The notes beneath the pieces were generated by a model that had not been told where the DNA came from, ran no database searches, and saw nothing but the letters and a program-made list of their open reading frames with translations. 64,000 nt of DNA from a virus. Its lineage: Duplodnaviria > Caudoviricetes. Positions within the stretch are counted from its first letter, which is position 1. Every line of letters starts with the position of its first letter. Made by a program: the position numbers and the translations under genes. Positions 55,960 through 63,603 of the stretch are shown piece by piece. The stretch spans positions 1 to 64,000 of IMG/VR virus record IMGVR_UViG_3300025902_000014; one strand, written 5' to 3'.

Positions 55960-56126
55960 CCTGCCTGCCCCGAGAGGGCAGAGCGTTGAACCAGAGCGGC
56001 CCCGGAAGCACACAGCTCCGGGGCCACTCACTTTCTGCTAGACTCCCCACATCGTATAGCCCGTCTGCCACGGGTGAAGCGAAGCCGGGGGGTCCGGAAT
56101 GGGGCAGACACCGGAACCCCCGGCGA
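55960..56126. ncRNA. putative multi-hairpin structured RNA, possible pseudoknot
   Basis: hairpins CTGCCC/GGGCAG, GGCCCCGGA/TCCGGGGCC, CCCGT/ACGGG, GCCGGGGG-TCCGG/CCGGA-CCCCCGGC; GTCTGCC complementary to loop GGCAGAC. Confidence 0.5.
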
Positions 56127-56142
56127 ACACTACACATTTATC

Positions 56143-56210
56143 TTGACAGTTCAAGCTAATTCGTCTATCCTTTCTTTGTGGGCATGAGAGCCCCGAAGAA
56201 AGGAAACGGA
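56143..56210 (+). promoter_or_regulatory. promoter TTGACA-N17-TATCCT plus conserved 5' leader hairpin
   Basis: GTGGGCATGAGAGCCCCGAAGAAAG. Confidence 0.75.
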
Positions 56211-56351
56211 ATGGACGAGAACCTCCTCCCCGACATCGAGAACGACGAGACCCTCGACGAGGTCGTCGCCGAGTTCGACGAGATCGAGGACGCTGGCTGG
56301 AAGCTCCTCCACAACTGGGGCCGCAACACCTTCCACAAGACCCCCCGCTGA
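56211..56351 (+). CDS. 46-aa highly acidic protein
   Basis: MDENLLPDIENDETLDEVVAEFDEIEDAGW...; AAAGGA RBS; below ORF-track cutoff. Confidence 0.65.
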   Translation: MDENLLPDIENDETLDEVVAEFDEIEDAGWKLLHNWGRNTFHKTPR

Positions 56352-56367
56352 GAAAGAGGAGACTGAC

Positions 56368-56589
56368 ATGCCCACCCCCTTCCTCTCCTTCGTCCCCGGC
56401 ACCTCCCCCCGGTTCACCCACGACTGCGAGGAGTGCCTCTTCCTCGGGTACGCCCTCTACGAGGGGACCGAGGTGGATGTCTACTCCCACCCCCGTGCCG
56501 GGCGCACCGAGGTCGTCGGCCGCTTCGGGGACGAGGGTCCGAACTACGTCTCCGTCCCCTCCCTCTCCTTCTTCGCCTCGGTGGCCTGA
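56368..56589 (+). CDS. small hypothetical protein (HDCxxCxFLG)
   Basis: GAGGAG RBS. Confidence 0.65.
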   Translation: MPTPFLSFVPGTSPRFTHDCEECLFLGYALYEGTEVDVYSHPRAGRTEVVGRFGDEGPNYVSVPSLSFFASVA

Positions 56590-56599
56590 AAGGACGGAC

Positions 56600-56839
56600 A
56601 TGAACGAAGCCCTGCTCAACTTCCTCTCCGGTCCCTCCGCCGCCTTCACTTGGACCTGCGGGGCCGGGGTCCGGCTCCCCCATCCCGACACCCTCGCCGA
56701 GTGGGAGGCCACCGAAGAGGTCGTCCCCGTCTTCGGCCCGGTGCCCGATCCGGAGCCGGGGTCCGAGGAGTGGCTGGCCAACCCGGACGACCGGCCTCTC
56801 CGGCCGGACGAGGTGGACGACGACGGGTTCCCCCTCTGA
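56600..56839 (+). CDS. small acidic hypothetical protein
   Basis: AAGGA RBS. Confidence 0.6.
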   Translation: MNEALLNFLSGPSAAFTWTCGAGVRLPHPDTLAEWEATEEVVPVFGPVPDPEPGSEEWLANPDDRPLRPDEVDDDGFPL

Positions 56840-56930
56840 GGCATCGCCGGGTTCCCCGGCGTAACATCCTCCCCGGAAACTGGCCCCGGTCACCCGACCG
56901 GGGCCTTGCACTATCGTGTGGAGAACACGT

Positions 56931-57257
56931 ATGCGAATCGCCGAACAGATCGTCTCAGCCCTTCTTCAGGAAAACGACCCTGAGAAGCCGGTGATGAAGC
57001 CCAACGCGAAGGAAATCGCTCGGGGGTCGCACGGGTACACGGCTGTGGTTCGCCCGGCTGCCGGGGGTGGTTGGAACGCCGCTGTGGTGGACATCCGCAC
57101 GGGGATTCCGATCTTCAAGGTGCGGCACTGTGCGAGCCAAGCTCAGGTTCAGTCGGAACTAGCTTCCGATCTCCGGATGATGGACAAGACGGGCTTTCCG
57201 GGGATGGCTGGCCCTTCCCGAGACCGTAACTACTTCACGAAGTACGGGAGATCCTGA
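56931..57257 (+). CDS. leader-bearing small protein (MRIAEQIVSALLQE)
   Basis: shared leader; GGAG RBS. Confidence 0.75.
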   Translation: MRIAEQIVSALLQENDPEKPVMKPNAKEIARGSHGYTAVVRPAAGGGWNAAVVDIRTGIPIFKVRHCASQAQVQSELASDLRMMDKTGFPGMAGPSRDRNYFTKYGRS

Positions 57258-57258
57258 C

Positions 57259-57627
57259 TTGCGCGTCCGGACCCGGCTCACCGAAGCTCTCTTGGGGGAG
57301 ATGGCCATGGACGGGTCGGAGTACCCGGCCGTGGTCAAGGTCTTCGTGCAGGGTATCCACACCGGGGACGTGAACAACCCCAGCAAACTCGTCGCGCAGG
57401 TGCCTCCCGGGAGTCTCGGGAAGAGGATCAAGTACGACGCTCTCTCGAACGAACTCACCCGGCAGATCCTGAAGGACACGGGGCTTGTCCGGAAGTTCGA
57501 GATTCCCGAGTCCTTCCGGGATGCGGTGGAAAGGGTGCAAGAGATCTTCCGGGATGCGGTCATCAAGTTCATGACCTACATGGAGAGGACCGGTGGTAGC
57601 GAAGCCAGCTACGGCCGGTACATGTAG
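57259..57627 (+). CDS. leader-bearing small protein (TTG start; MRVRTRLTEALLGE)
   Basis: shared leader; GGGAG RBS. Confidence 0.75.
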   Translation: MRVRTRLTEALLGEMAMDGSEYPAVVKVFVQGIHTGDVNNPSKLVAQVPPGSLGKRIKYDALSNELTRQILKDTGLVRKFEIPESFRDAVERVQEIFRDAVIKFMTYMERTGGSEASYGRYM

Positions 57628-57648
57628 AGGCAGGCAGGAGGAGGCAAC

Positions 57649-58155
57649 GTGCAGGAACCAGTTCTGGCGAATCTCTCGGGGTACTCGGTCCTGATCCGGA
57701 CCCCCGAGGGGAACCACATCCATCTGCGGGCCGGGGCGGGAGTGGCAGGCCCCGGGTTCGAGCAGTACATCGACAACAAGACCCTCAACCGGGTGGCCCC
57801 GACCTTCGCCGGGCCGATCGTCTACGAGACTCCTGTCAAGGCCCCGGTCCCGGAAATCCTTGTTCCGGTCCCGGCGAAGGTCGAGGTCGAGGAAGAGGTT
57901 TCCGCCCTTTACGAGGAGCTGATCGGGCAGCCCGGGACACCGGCCTCTGAGCCCGAGCCGAAGCCCCCGTCCTACGATCTGAAGTACGGCGGGAACAACA
58001 TCACGGTCCCGTCCAACGCCAGCCTCCAGACGATGTCGAAGTCGGAGCTGATCTTTCTCGCCACGAAGCTGGGGATGCGGACGGACGGTTCCCGTGCCCA
58101 GCTCGCGTCCCGCATCCAGCCGCTGGCCGGGAAGTCCGTGGCTGCGAAGAAGTAG
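57649..58155 (+). CDS. protein with C-terminal SAP/Rho-N-like helix-extension-helix
   Basis: LQTMSKSELIFLATKLGMRTDGSRAQLASRI; AGGAGGAGG RBS. Confidence 0.7.
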   Translation: MQEPVLANLSGYSVLIRTPEGNHIHLRAGAGVAGPGFEQYIDNKTLNRVAPTFAGPIVYETPVKAPVPEILVPVPAKVEVEEEVSALYEELIGQPGTPASEPEPKPPSYDLKYGGNNITVPSNASLQTMSKSELIFLATKLGMRTDGSRAQLASRIQPLAGKSVAAKK

Positions 58156-58164
58156 GGAGTCTTC

Positions 58165-58917
58165 ATGTCCGAGGTCACCACCTATCCTGAGCGTCATACT
58201 GAGAAGTTCGACGAGGAGGAATACTACGACTGGGTGCTCCGCCAGCTCGGACATCCGGACGTCGAGGTGGAGCTGTCCAAGGACAACGTCAAGGACGCCA
58301 TGAAGGAGGCGCTGGCCTTCTACTCCAAGTACAAGCCCCAGCGGGTCACGGAAGCCTTCATCGTGGCTCAGGGGGTCACCCCGTACAAGCTGAAGTACCC
58401 CGGGGTGCGGGGGGTCTACCACATCGAGATGATGGGGGTCACGGACGGGCTCTCCAGCCCGAACATCGAGTCCCAACTCATGTCCGGGTCGTACACCTAC
58501 TACGGGGTCGCGGCCCCCAAGATGGACCTCCGGTACTACGAGTACCTCCGCCAGTGGGTGAAGGTGGCCTCACGGGAACTGTCGTCCGAGCAGGACTACC
58601 ACCTCTCCGACGACGGGACGACGATCTGGATCTACTCCCCGGGGCGGGAAACGAAAGTCACGGCGACCCTGACCCTCGACCACGTGAGTCCCGCGACGAT
58701 CCCGAGCCACGACCAGATCTGGCTCCGGAAGTATGTGCTTGCCCAGTGCAAGCTGGTCCTCGGGGAGAAGAGATCCAAGTTCAACTCGATCCTCGGGGCG
58801 AACAAGGAAATCACTCTGAACGGGAAGGAACTCAAGGAAGAGGGTAAGGCCGAGATCGAGAAGCTGGAAGAGAAGATCGAGAAGGCGCGGACTCACTTGA
58901 GTCCGTCTTGGGGTTGA
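58165..58917 (+). CDS. neck/head-completion protein (T4 gp13-like)
   Basis: VLRQLGHPDVEVEL, WLRKYVLAQCKxxLGxxRSKF, ITLNG...EGKAEIEKLEE. Confidence 0.85.
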   Translation: MSEVTTYPERHTEKFDEEEYYDWVLRQLGHPDVEVELSKDNVKDAMKEALAFYSKYKPQRVTEAFIVAQGVTPYKLKYPGVRGVYHIEMMGVTDGLSSPNIESQLMSGSYTYYGVAAPKMDLRYYEYLRQWVKVASRELSSEQDYHLSDDGTTIWIYSPGRETKVTATLTLDHVSPATIPSHDQIWLRKYVLAQCKLVLGEKRSKFNSILGANKEITLNGKELKEEGKAEIEKLEEKIEKARTHLSPSWG

Positions 58918-58922
58918 AGAAA

Positions 58923-59171
58923 ATGAAGATCCGAAGCATGTTGGTAGGTTCCCTGCTGGAAGACATCCACGCCCTGCGCCCCTGCTCACAGGCGGAGTGG
59001 GACGTGTTTCTCGCGCACCTCCCCTCCGGAGCGGCACGAAGGGACGTTCCCTCTGGCCTCTCGTTCGTGAGGCAGATCCTTCTTCACGGGAAGGTCATCG
59101 GGCAGAAGACGACGCAGTTCAAGGGTGGTCGTCCGGTGGCCACATCGTACATGAAAGACCCCTCGTACTGA
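58923..59171 (+). CDS. leader-bearing small protein (MKIRSMLVGSLLE)
   Basis: variant leader. Confidence 0.65.
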   Translation: MKIRSMLVGSLLEDIHALRPCSQAEWDVFLAHLPSGAARRDVPSGLSFVRQILLHGKVIGQKTTQFKGGRPVATSYMKDPSY

Positions 59172-59179
59172 GGATTGAG

Positions 59180-59629
59180 ATGGCGTACTGGGTTCTGAGA
59201 TCAACGTCAACTTCCCAGATCGAGGAGGACGTGGACTCGATCGTGGAAGATCTCCTCGTCCCGGACATGCAGACCCTCGAAGCTCTCGAAGAGGGAATGC
59301 TTCAGCATGGCTGGGTGAAGTTCAAGGCCATCGTGAAGAAGCTGCTGCCGGACGTCTTCAGCAAGATCAGCAACGCCAAGCACCAGCGGTTCCTCGTCCA
59401 GATGGGGGAGCGGCCGGGAAGTCCCACCGTCGAGGTGGACCACTCTCTCGACGCAGCCCCTCGTGCGCCGGTTCAGCCCGGGGACAAGATCCAGATCCGT
59501 GGCCTGCTCGAACCTCACGGCGGCGACGGGAACAAGCCCGTGGTCCACTTCACCCACAAGTCCCGGGATGGATCTGAGGCTGGCTTCATCTGGAAGGGTG
59601 AGACCCCTCCGGTGTGGACGGTGAAGTGA
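59180..59629 (+). CDS. DUF3465-like OB-fold protein with acidic leader
   Basis: KLLPD...HQRF...H-x-LDAAPR-x-P...GD...VHFTH...GFI. Confidence 0.7.
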   Translation: MAYWVLRSTSTSQIEEDVDSIVEDLLVPDMQTLEALEEGMLQHGWVKFKAIVKKLLPDVFSKISNAKHQRFLVQMGERPGSPTVEVDHSLDAAPRAPVQPGDKIQIRGLLEPHGGDGNKPVVHFTHKSRDGSEAGFIWKGETPPVWTVK

Positions 59630-60477
59630 GCACGAAAACCTTCCTCGTTCTCCGGTTGGGCCACAACGTCGCGGCCTCGCTGGACAACAAGAACGCGGCG
59701 AACATCGGGGGGATGGCCTCGTTCATCCTCTCGGCGCTGGACAAGGACATCGCTTTCGGAGACAAGCTCTCCCTGTACGAGGTCACGGCCGAGCTGCCGT
59801 TCGCAGGCTACATCCAGTACCGGGGGTCGTCCGTCCAGAACCGTTACCTCGATGGGGATGTCCGTGCCGAGCACGTGGGAGAGATGACGATCCACACAAA
59901 CGCGAAGTGGTACTCGTTCCCGGCGGGTGGGAAGTGGAAGGCCCACCTGAAGCGGACGGTGGACAACGCCATCCACGTGCTGGACGCCATGGTCCCGGAG
60001 AGGTTCCCCCGGGAGAAGCGCATCGCCATGTGCGGCGAAGTCCAGATTCAGCAGCTCTTGAAGCACGTTTTCCACGAGATGCACGAGGAGAAGAATATGA
60101 AGACCACCACGAAGATCGTTGAGGCTCTGCTCGGAGAGGGATTCGGGGGCTCGGGCAAGACCGTCAAGCTCTCTCCCGGTGATCGGTCGCAGATCAACAG
60201 GGGTATCTACTCGGCGACGTTGAACAAGTATTTCAACAGTCTTGCGGCGGCCATCGAGGTAATCAACCATGCCATGAAGCCGGTGGGTTACTTCATCATG
60301 GCATCGTCCGACTACATGGGCAGGGATGACGGGCACAAGAACCTCCCGATCCACAAGGAGCACCCGGAGGGTACGGACCCGTTCATGGGCCACGATGAGG
60401 TCTCGAACTGCTGGCTCTCGTTCTCATGGCACAAGATGGGGTCCGGGAAGTACGAGATCACGGCGTACGTGAGCTGA
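59626..60477 (+). CDS. two-part protein; internal in-frame start at 60097 (MKTTTKIVEALLGE leader)
   Basis: GAGGAG-N6-ATG at 60097 followed by shared leader. Confidence 0.7.
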   Translation: MSTKTFLVLRLGHNVAASLDNKNAANIGGMASFILSALDKDIAFGDKLSLYEVTAELPFAGYIQYRGSSVQNRYLDGDVRAEHVGEMTIHTNAKWYSFPAGGKWKAHLKRTVDNAIHVLDAMVPERFPREKRIAMCGEVQIQQLLKHVFHEMHEEKNMKTTTKIVEALLGEGFGGSGKTVKLSPGDRSQINRGIYSATLNKYFNSLAAAIEVINHAMKPVGYFIMASSDYMGRDDGHKNLPIHKEHPEGTDPFMGHDEVSNCWLSFSWHKMGSGKYEITAYVS

Positions 60478-61150
60478 GTCCCTGAACATGCTTCCATGTG
60501 ACGCCGCGCACGATCCAGCTTATGGTCATCTGTCCCACACCATAGGTGCGGGCCAGTTCGGCTTGGCTGATTGTGCCTTCCGCGTAACGAAGACGGATTT
60601 CCCGAACTTGAGCTTCAGTAAGTTTGGCGTGCTTGCAGACCTCGCCCCTGATGTAACGGGAGGTCTCTGGGGGGCCTTGAAGGGTGTGCTTCCACGCATG
60701 ACCTTGAAGGATGTGTCCGATCATGCCGTCGGTTACTCCAAATTTCAGGGCCAGTGCTCGTTTCGTCCACGCGCCAGTACGGTACAGCTCCTCCATTTCA
60801 AGCACTTGTTCCTTCACGAGTTTTCGGGCCAGCCGCCCATGCTTGGCTGCATGGCGCACGTTGTCTCCGATAGAGAGGTATTCCAAGTTCACAGCCCGGT
60901 TGTCCATTCGGTCGAAATTCTTGTGATTGACCGGAAGGTCAGACGGCCCCAGAAACGCTTCAGCAACCAGACGGTGAGCCAAGCGAGTCGTCCGCCAGCC
61001 AAGGTGCGACAGCGCGACGTACAGGTACCCGTCTGGTCGTCGGTGCGGGTTGAGCGGTCTGCCATTGCTGTGGCAGAACCGACCCAACGAGGACACGATG
61101 TAGTAGGTGAAGTTCGGAACCGTTTTCCAGACTTCAGGGGGTGTGGGCAT
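60458..61150 (-). CDS. NUMOD4-HNH homing endonuclease with two C-terminal HTH domains
   Basis: EVWKTV...YIVSSLGR, AHRLVAEAFL, VNHKNxDRMDNRAVNLEY, KLTEAQVREIR...SQAELARTYGV. Confidence 0.9.
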   Translation of the reverse strand: MPTPPEVWKTVPNFTYYIVSSLGRFCHSNGRPLNPHRRPDGYLYVALSHLGWRTTRLAHRLVAEAFLGPSDLPVNHKNFDRMDNRAVNLEYLSIGDNVRHAAKHGRLARKLVKEQVLEMEELYRTGAWTKRALALKFGVTDGMIGHILQGHAWKHTLQGPPETSRYIRGEVCKHAKLTEAQVREIRLRYAEGTISQAELARTYGVGQMTISWIVRGVTWKHVQGLSSRTP

Positions 61151-61676
61151 GGCTAGTCTCCTGTTTCAGAGTGAAAGGGATTTGAGCTTCTGGAAGCGTA
61201 TCAATAGGGAAGTATATCGCACTTTTCTGAAGAAGGTCGAGGTCTACCTCTACGACAGGCAGATGAAAGATCCCCTGTACGGGGAGGCCCTCGACCTGAG
61301 CTTCAACGAGGCTACGTCCAAGCCCTCCTACGAGGTCGAAGCGTTCTTCGAGGAACTTCCCGAGTGGAAGCTGAAGCTCATGAAGCACGGGCTGGACGAG
61401 GCCCGTCCCATCAAGGCGTACTTCTTCATCGACTCGTTCGCCGAGCTGGGGGTGGCCCCTCCCCGGGTGGGTGACCGTCTCCGGGTGGAGGGAGAACTCT
61501 ACAAGGTCATGCAGGACAACCCGAAGGACTACTTCGGGAACACCCAGAAGGTGTTGACCCACTCCGTGGATCTCCAGCGTGTCCGTCCCGAGTCCATCAA
61601 GGCCCGGCCCCGCCCGGCCGAGGCGGACGACATCTACCCGGCGAGCCAGTTCGGTGGGGACTTCCAGAAGAAGTAG
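61149..61676 (+). CDS. neck/head-closure protein (T4 gp14-like)
   Basis: D-x-SF-x-KRINRE...DPLYGEA...PRVGD; position between gp13-like and gp15-like genes. Confidence 0.7.
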   Translation: MASLLFQSERDLSFWKRINREVYRTFLKKVEVYLYDRQMKDPLYGEALDLSFNEATSKPSYEVEAFFEELPEWKLKLMKHGLDEARPIKAYFFIDSFAELGVAPPRVGDRLRVEGELYKVMQDNPKDYFGNTQKVLTHSVDLQRVRPESIKARPRPAEADDIYPASQFGGDFQKK

Positions 61677-61685
61677 GATGGGGCC

Positions 61686-62285
61686 GTGGCTGTCCGGGTG
61701 AAAACGCAGATCAAGAAGCCCGCCAAGCGGGCTTCCTACGTCCTCGTGAACACGTTCGGGGACAACCGCAAGCCCGGGTCTCTTCTCCTCGCCATCCAAG
61801 GCACCTGCCGGAAGATCGCACAGGAGATGGCTCAGGAGATGCGGGATGCTTTTTACCGGCAACGGTTCAAGATGGCCCCGTTGACCGCCCAGTACCTCGC
61901 CATGAAGAAGCGTAAGGGTCTCGATAAAAGAACCCTCATCGCCTACAAGAAGTACGTCAAGGCTATCGGGTTCATAAAGACTCCCTACGGCGGCATGATC
62001 GGGATAACTCGGGCCTTCCGGATCGACCAGCGGGGGAAGAAGACCCGGAAGCTCTCGTACCATCTTCTCCAGCGGTGGCTCGAATACGGCACCCGGAAGA
62101 AACGCGGGATGACGAAAACCGGGAAGCAGAAGTACGGAAAGATGGGGTCTAGGATGCCCGCCCGTCCGATATGGCGGCCAATGATGCGGTACTGGAAGGC
62201 CCACCGTAGGGACTATGGGCTCCGGCTCAAGAACGTCATCGGGTTCGAGTTGCGGCAGAAACTTCGAGCGTTCGCAGTACGCTGA
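61686..62285 (+). CDS. basic tail-completion/neck protein (HK97 gp10-like motif)
   Basis: WLEYGT...MPARPIWRP. Confidence 0.7.
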   Translation: MAVRVKTQIKKPAKRASYVLVNTFGDNRKPGSLLLAIQGTCRKIAQEMAQEMRDAFYRQRFKMAPLTAQYLAMKKRKGLDKRTLIAYKKYVKAIGFIKTPYGGMIGITRAFRIDQRGKKTRKLSYHLLQRWLEYGTRKKRGMTKTGKQKYGKMGSRMPARPIWRPMMRYWKAHRRDYGLRLKNVIGFELRQKLRAFAVR

Positions 62286-62307
62286 ACTATCTGAACGAGA
62301 GGACATC

Positions 62308-62679
62308 ATGGATCAGAAACCGGAAGCCATCGTCGAGTCCCTTCTCGGAGAAGGCTCCCTCACTGAGGGGGACGTCCACGGTCTCATGTCGTCCATCGAC
62401 GGCTTCGAGCGGGTCATGTCCGGGTCGGACTTCCAGCACATCTACGCGGCCCTTCAGGTCGTCAAGCCGGACGTCTGGGGGCATCTTCCGGGTGAGGTTG
62501 TGGGGAACCTGAAGTCCAAGCTCGACACGGCCCGGGTGGGGCTCGTCAACTTCGTCACGGCGGCCAAGGCAGCGGTGGGGAAGGCGAACTCCTACAAGCC
62601 CCCGACGGAGTACAGCGGGTACGACTCGGCCGCTCATTCCGGGGAGCACAACCCGACCGTCCACGGGCTCGGGGTCTGA
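62308..62679 (+). CDS. leader-bearing small protein (EAIVESLLGEGSLTE)
   Basis: variant leader; GAGG RBS. Confidence 0.7.
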   Translation: MDQKPEAIVESLLGEGSLTEGDVHGLMSSIDGFERVMSGSDFQHIYAALQVVKPDVWGHLPGEVVGNLKSKLDTARVGLVNFVTAAKAAVGKANSYKPPTEYSGYDSAAHSGEHNPTVHGLGV

Positions 62680-62680
62680 C

Positions 62681-62980
62681 ATGGCCGAAGGCCGGGGTCC
62701 GCGACGGAACAACCTCGTCGAGGCCATCGCGGATCTTCTGATCTTCCGGGCTCTTCTGCCCCTCCACGAGGGGGCATGGGATGCTCCGTACATGACGGTC
62801 CTGAAGTCTCTGGAACGGGAAGTAGAACGGTTCATCGCTCTCGTTCCGAAGGTGGAGAAACTCAATCCCGGGCTGGCGAAGACGCTCTGGCATGAACTGG
62901 GGGCGAAGAGCATGGAGATCCATCAGCTCTACGCCGAGCTGGATCAACGGGTCAAGGAAGCAGAAAGGCATCAAGCATGA
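62681..62980 (+). CDS. small helical protein, possible variant leader (NLVEAIADLL...LHE)
   Basis: within leader-gene cluster. Confidence 0.6.
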   Translation: MAEGRGPRRNNLVEAIADLLIFRALLPLHEGAWDAPYMTVLKSLEREVERFIALVPKVEKLNPGLAKTLWHELGAKSMEIHQLYAELDQRVKEAERHQA

Positions 62981-63327
62981 GGATCGCCGAACAGCTCGCC
63001 CAGAGCCTGACCGAGCAGACCGTCACCGAGATGGACGACTCCGCCCTCCTCGTGGTGGACCGCATCCTGTCCGACATCGACCGGTACATCGCGGCCCACC
63101 TCGAACACGAGTTGGGGATGCTGAAGGACGGGTTGAAGAGCGCGGAGAAGCAGATCGCCGGGCTCAAGAATGCGGGGGCCGGGAAGACGGAGCACGACTC
63201 CATCCTCCTCAAGGTTGTCATGCCCGCGTGGCACCGCTTCGAGTCGCAGGTCACGGACATGGGCACCCGGTTCAAGAAGCTCGAAGCTGCCGCCAAGGCG
63301 GGAGGAAGGGAATGGGACGCACCGTGA
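62977..63327 (+). CDS. leader-bearing small protein (MRIAEQLAQSLTE)
   Basis: shared leader. Confidence 0.8.
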   Translation: MRIAEQLAQSLTEQTVTEMDDSALLVVDRILSDIDRYIAAHLEHELGMLKDGLKSAEKQIAGLKNAGAGKTEHDSILLKVVMPAWHRFESQVTDMGTRFKKLEAAAKAGGREWDAP

Positions 63328-63593
63328 GAATCGCCGAACAGCTCGCTGAGGCCCTGACCGAAGCCGTCGCACCTCTGAAAGACCGGAGCGAAGAGGCCGC
63401 CCACGAAGCCAACACCGTCATCCACTCTCTTCGGGACGCCATCGGCCAGATCGAGCACGAGATCAAGTGGCTGGAACATGACATCGAGGAGCGCACCATT
63501 CACGGGGCGCAGATCCTTCCCGGTCTCAAGACCGCCCGGACTCAGCTTGGGGTGGCTTTGACCACACTTCGGACCACGGCCCACAAGGTGTAA
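63324..63593 (+). CDS. leader-bearing small protein (MRIAEQLAEALTE)
   Basis: shared leader; GTGA overlap. Confidence 0.8.
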   Translation: MRIAEQLAEALTEAVAPLKDRSEEAAHEANTVIHSLRDAIGQIEHEIKWLEHDIEERTIHGAQILPGLKTARTQLGVALTTLRTTAHKV

Positions 63594-63603
63594 GGAGGCT
63601 CCC

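Noticed and set aside
54694-56130. Group I intron around the GIY-YIG genes
   Set aside because: MCP ends normally with a terminator, the endonuclease has its own promoter, and no P7 core elements were recognised
60488-61156. Plus-strand 222-aa ORF
   Set aside because: Shadow of the minus-strand HNH gene, which has clear motifs
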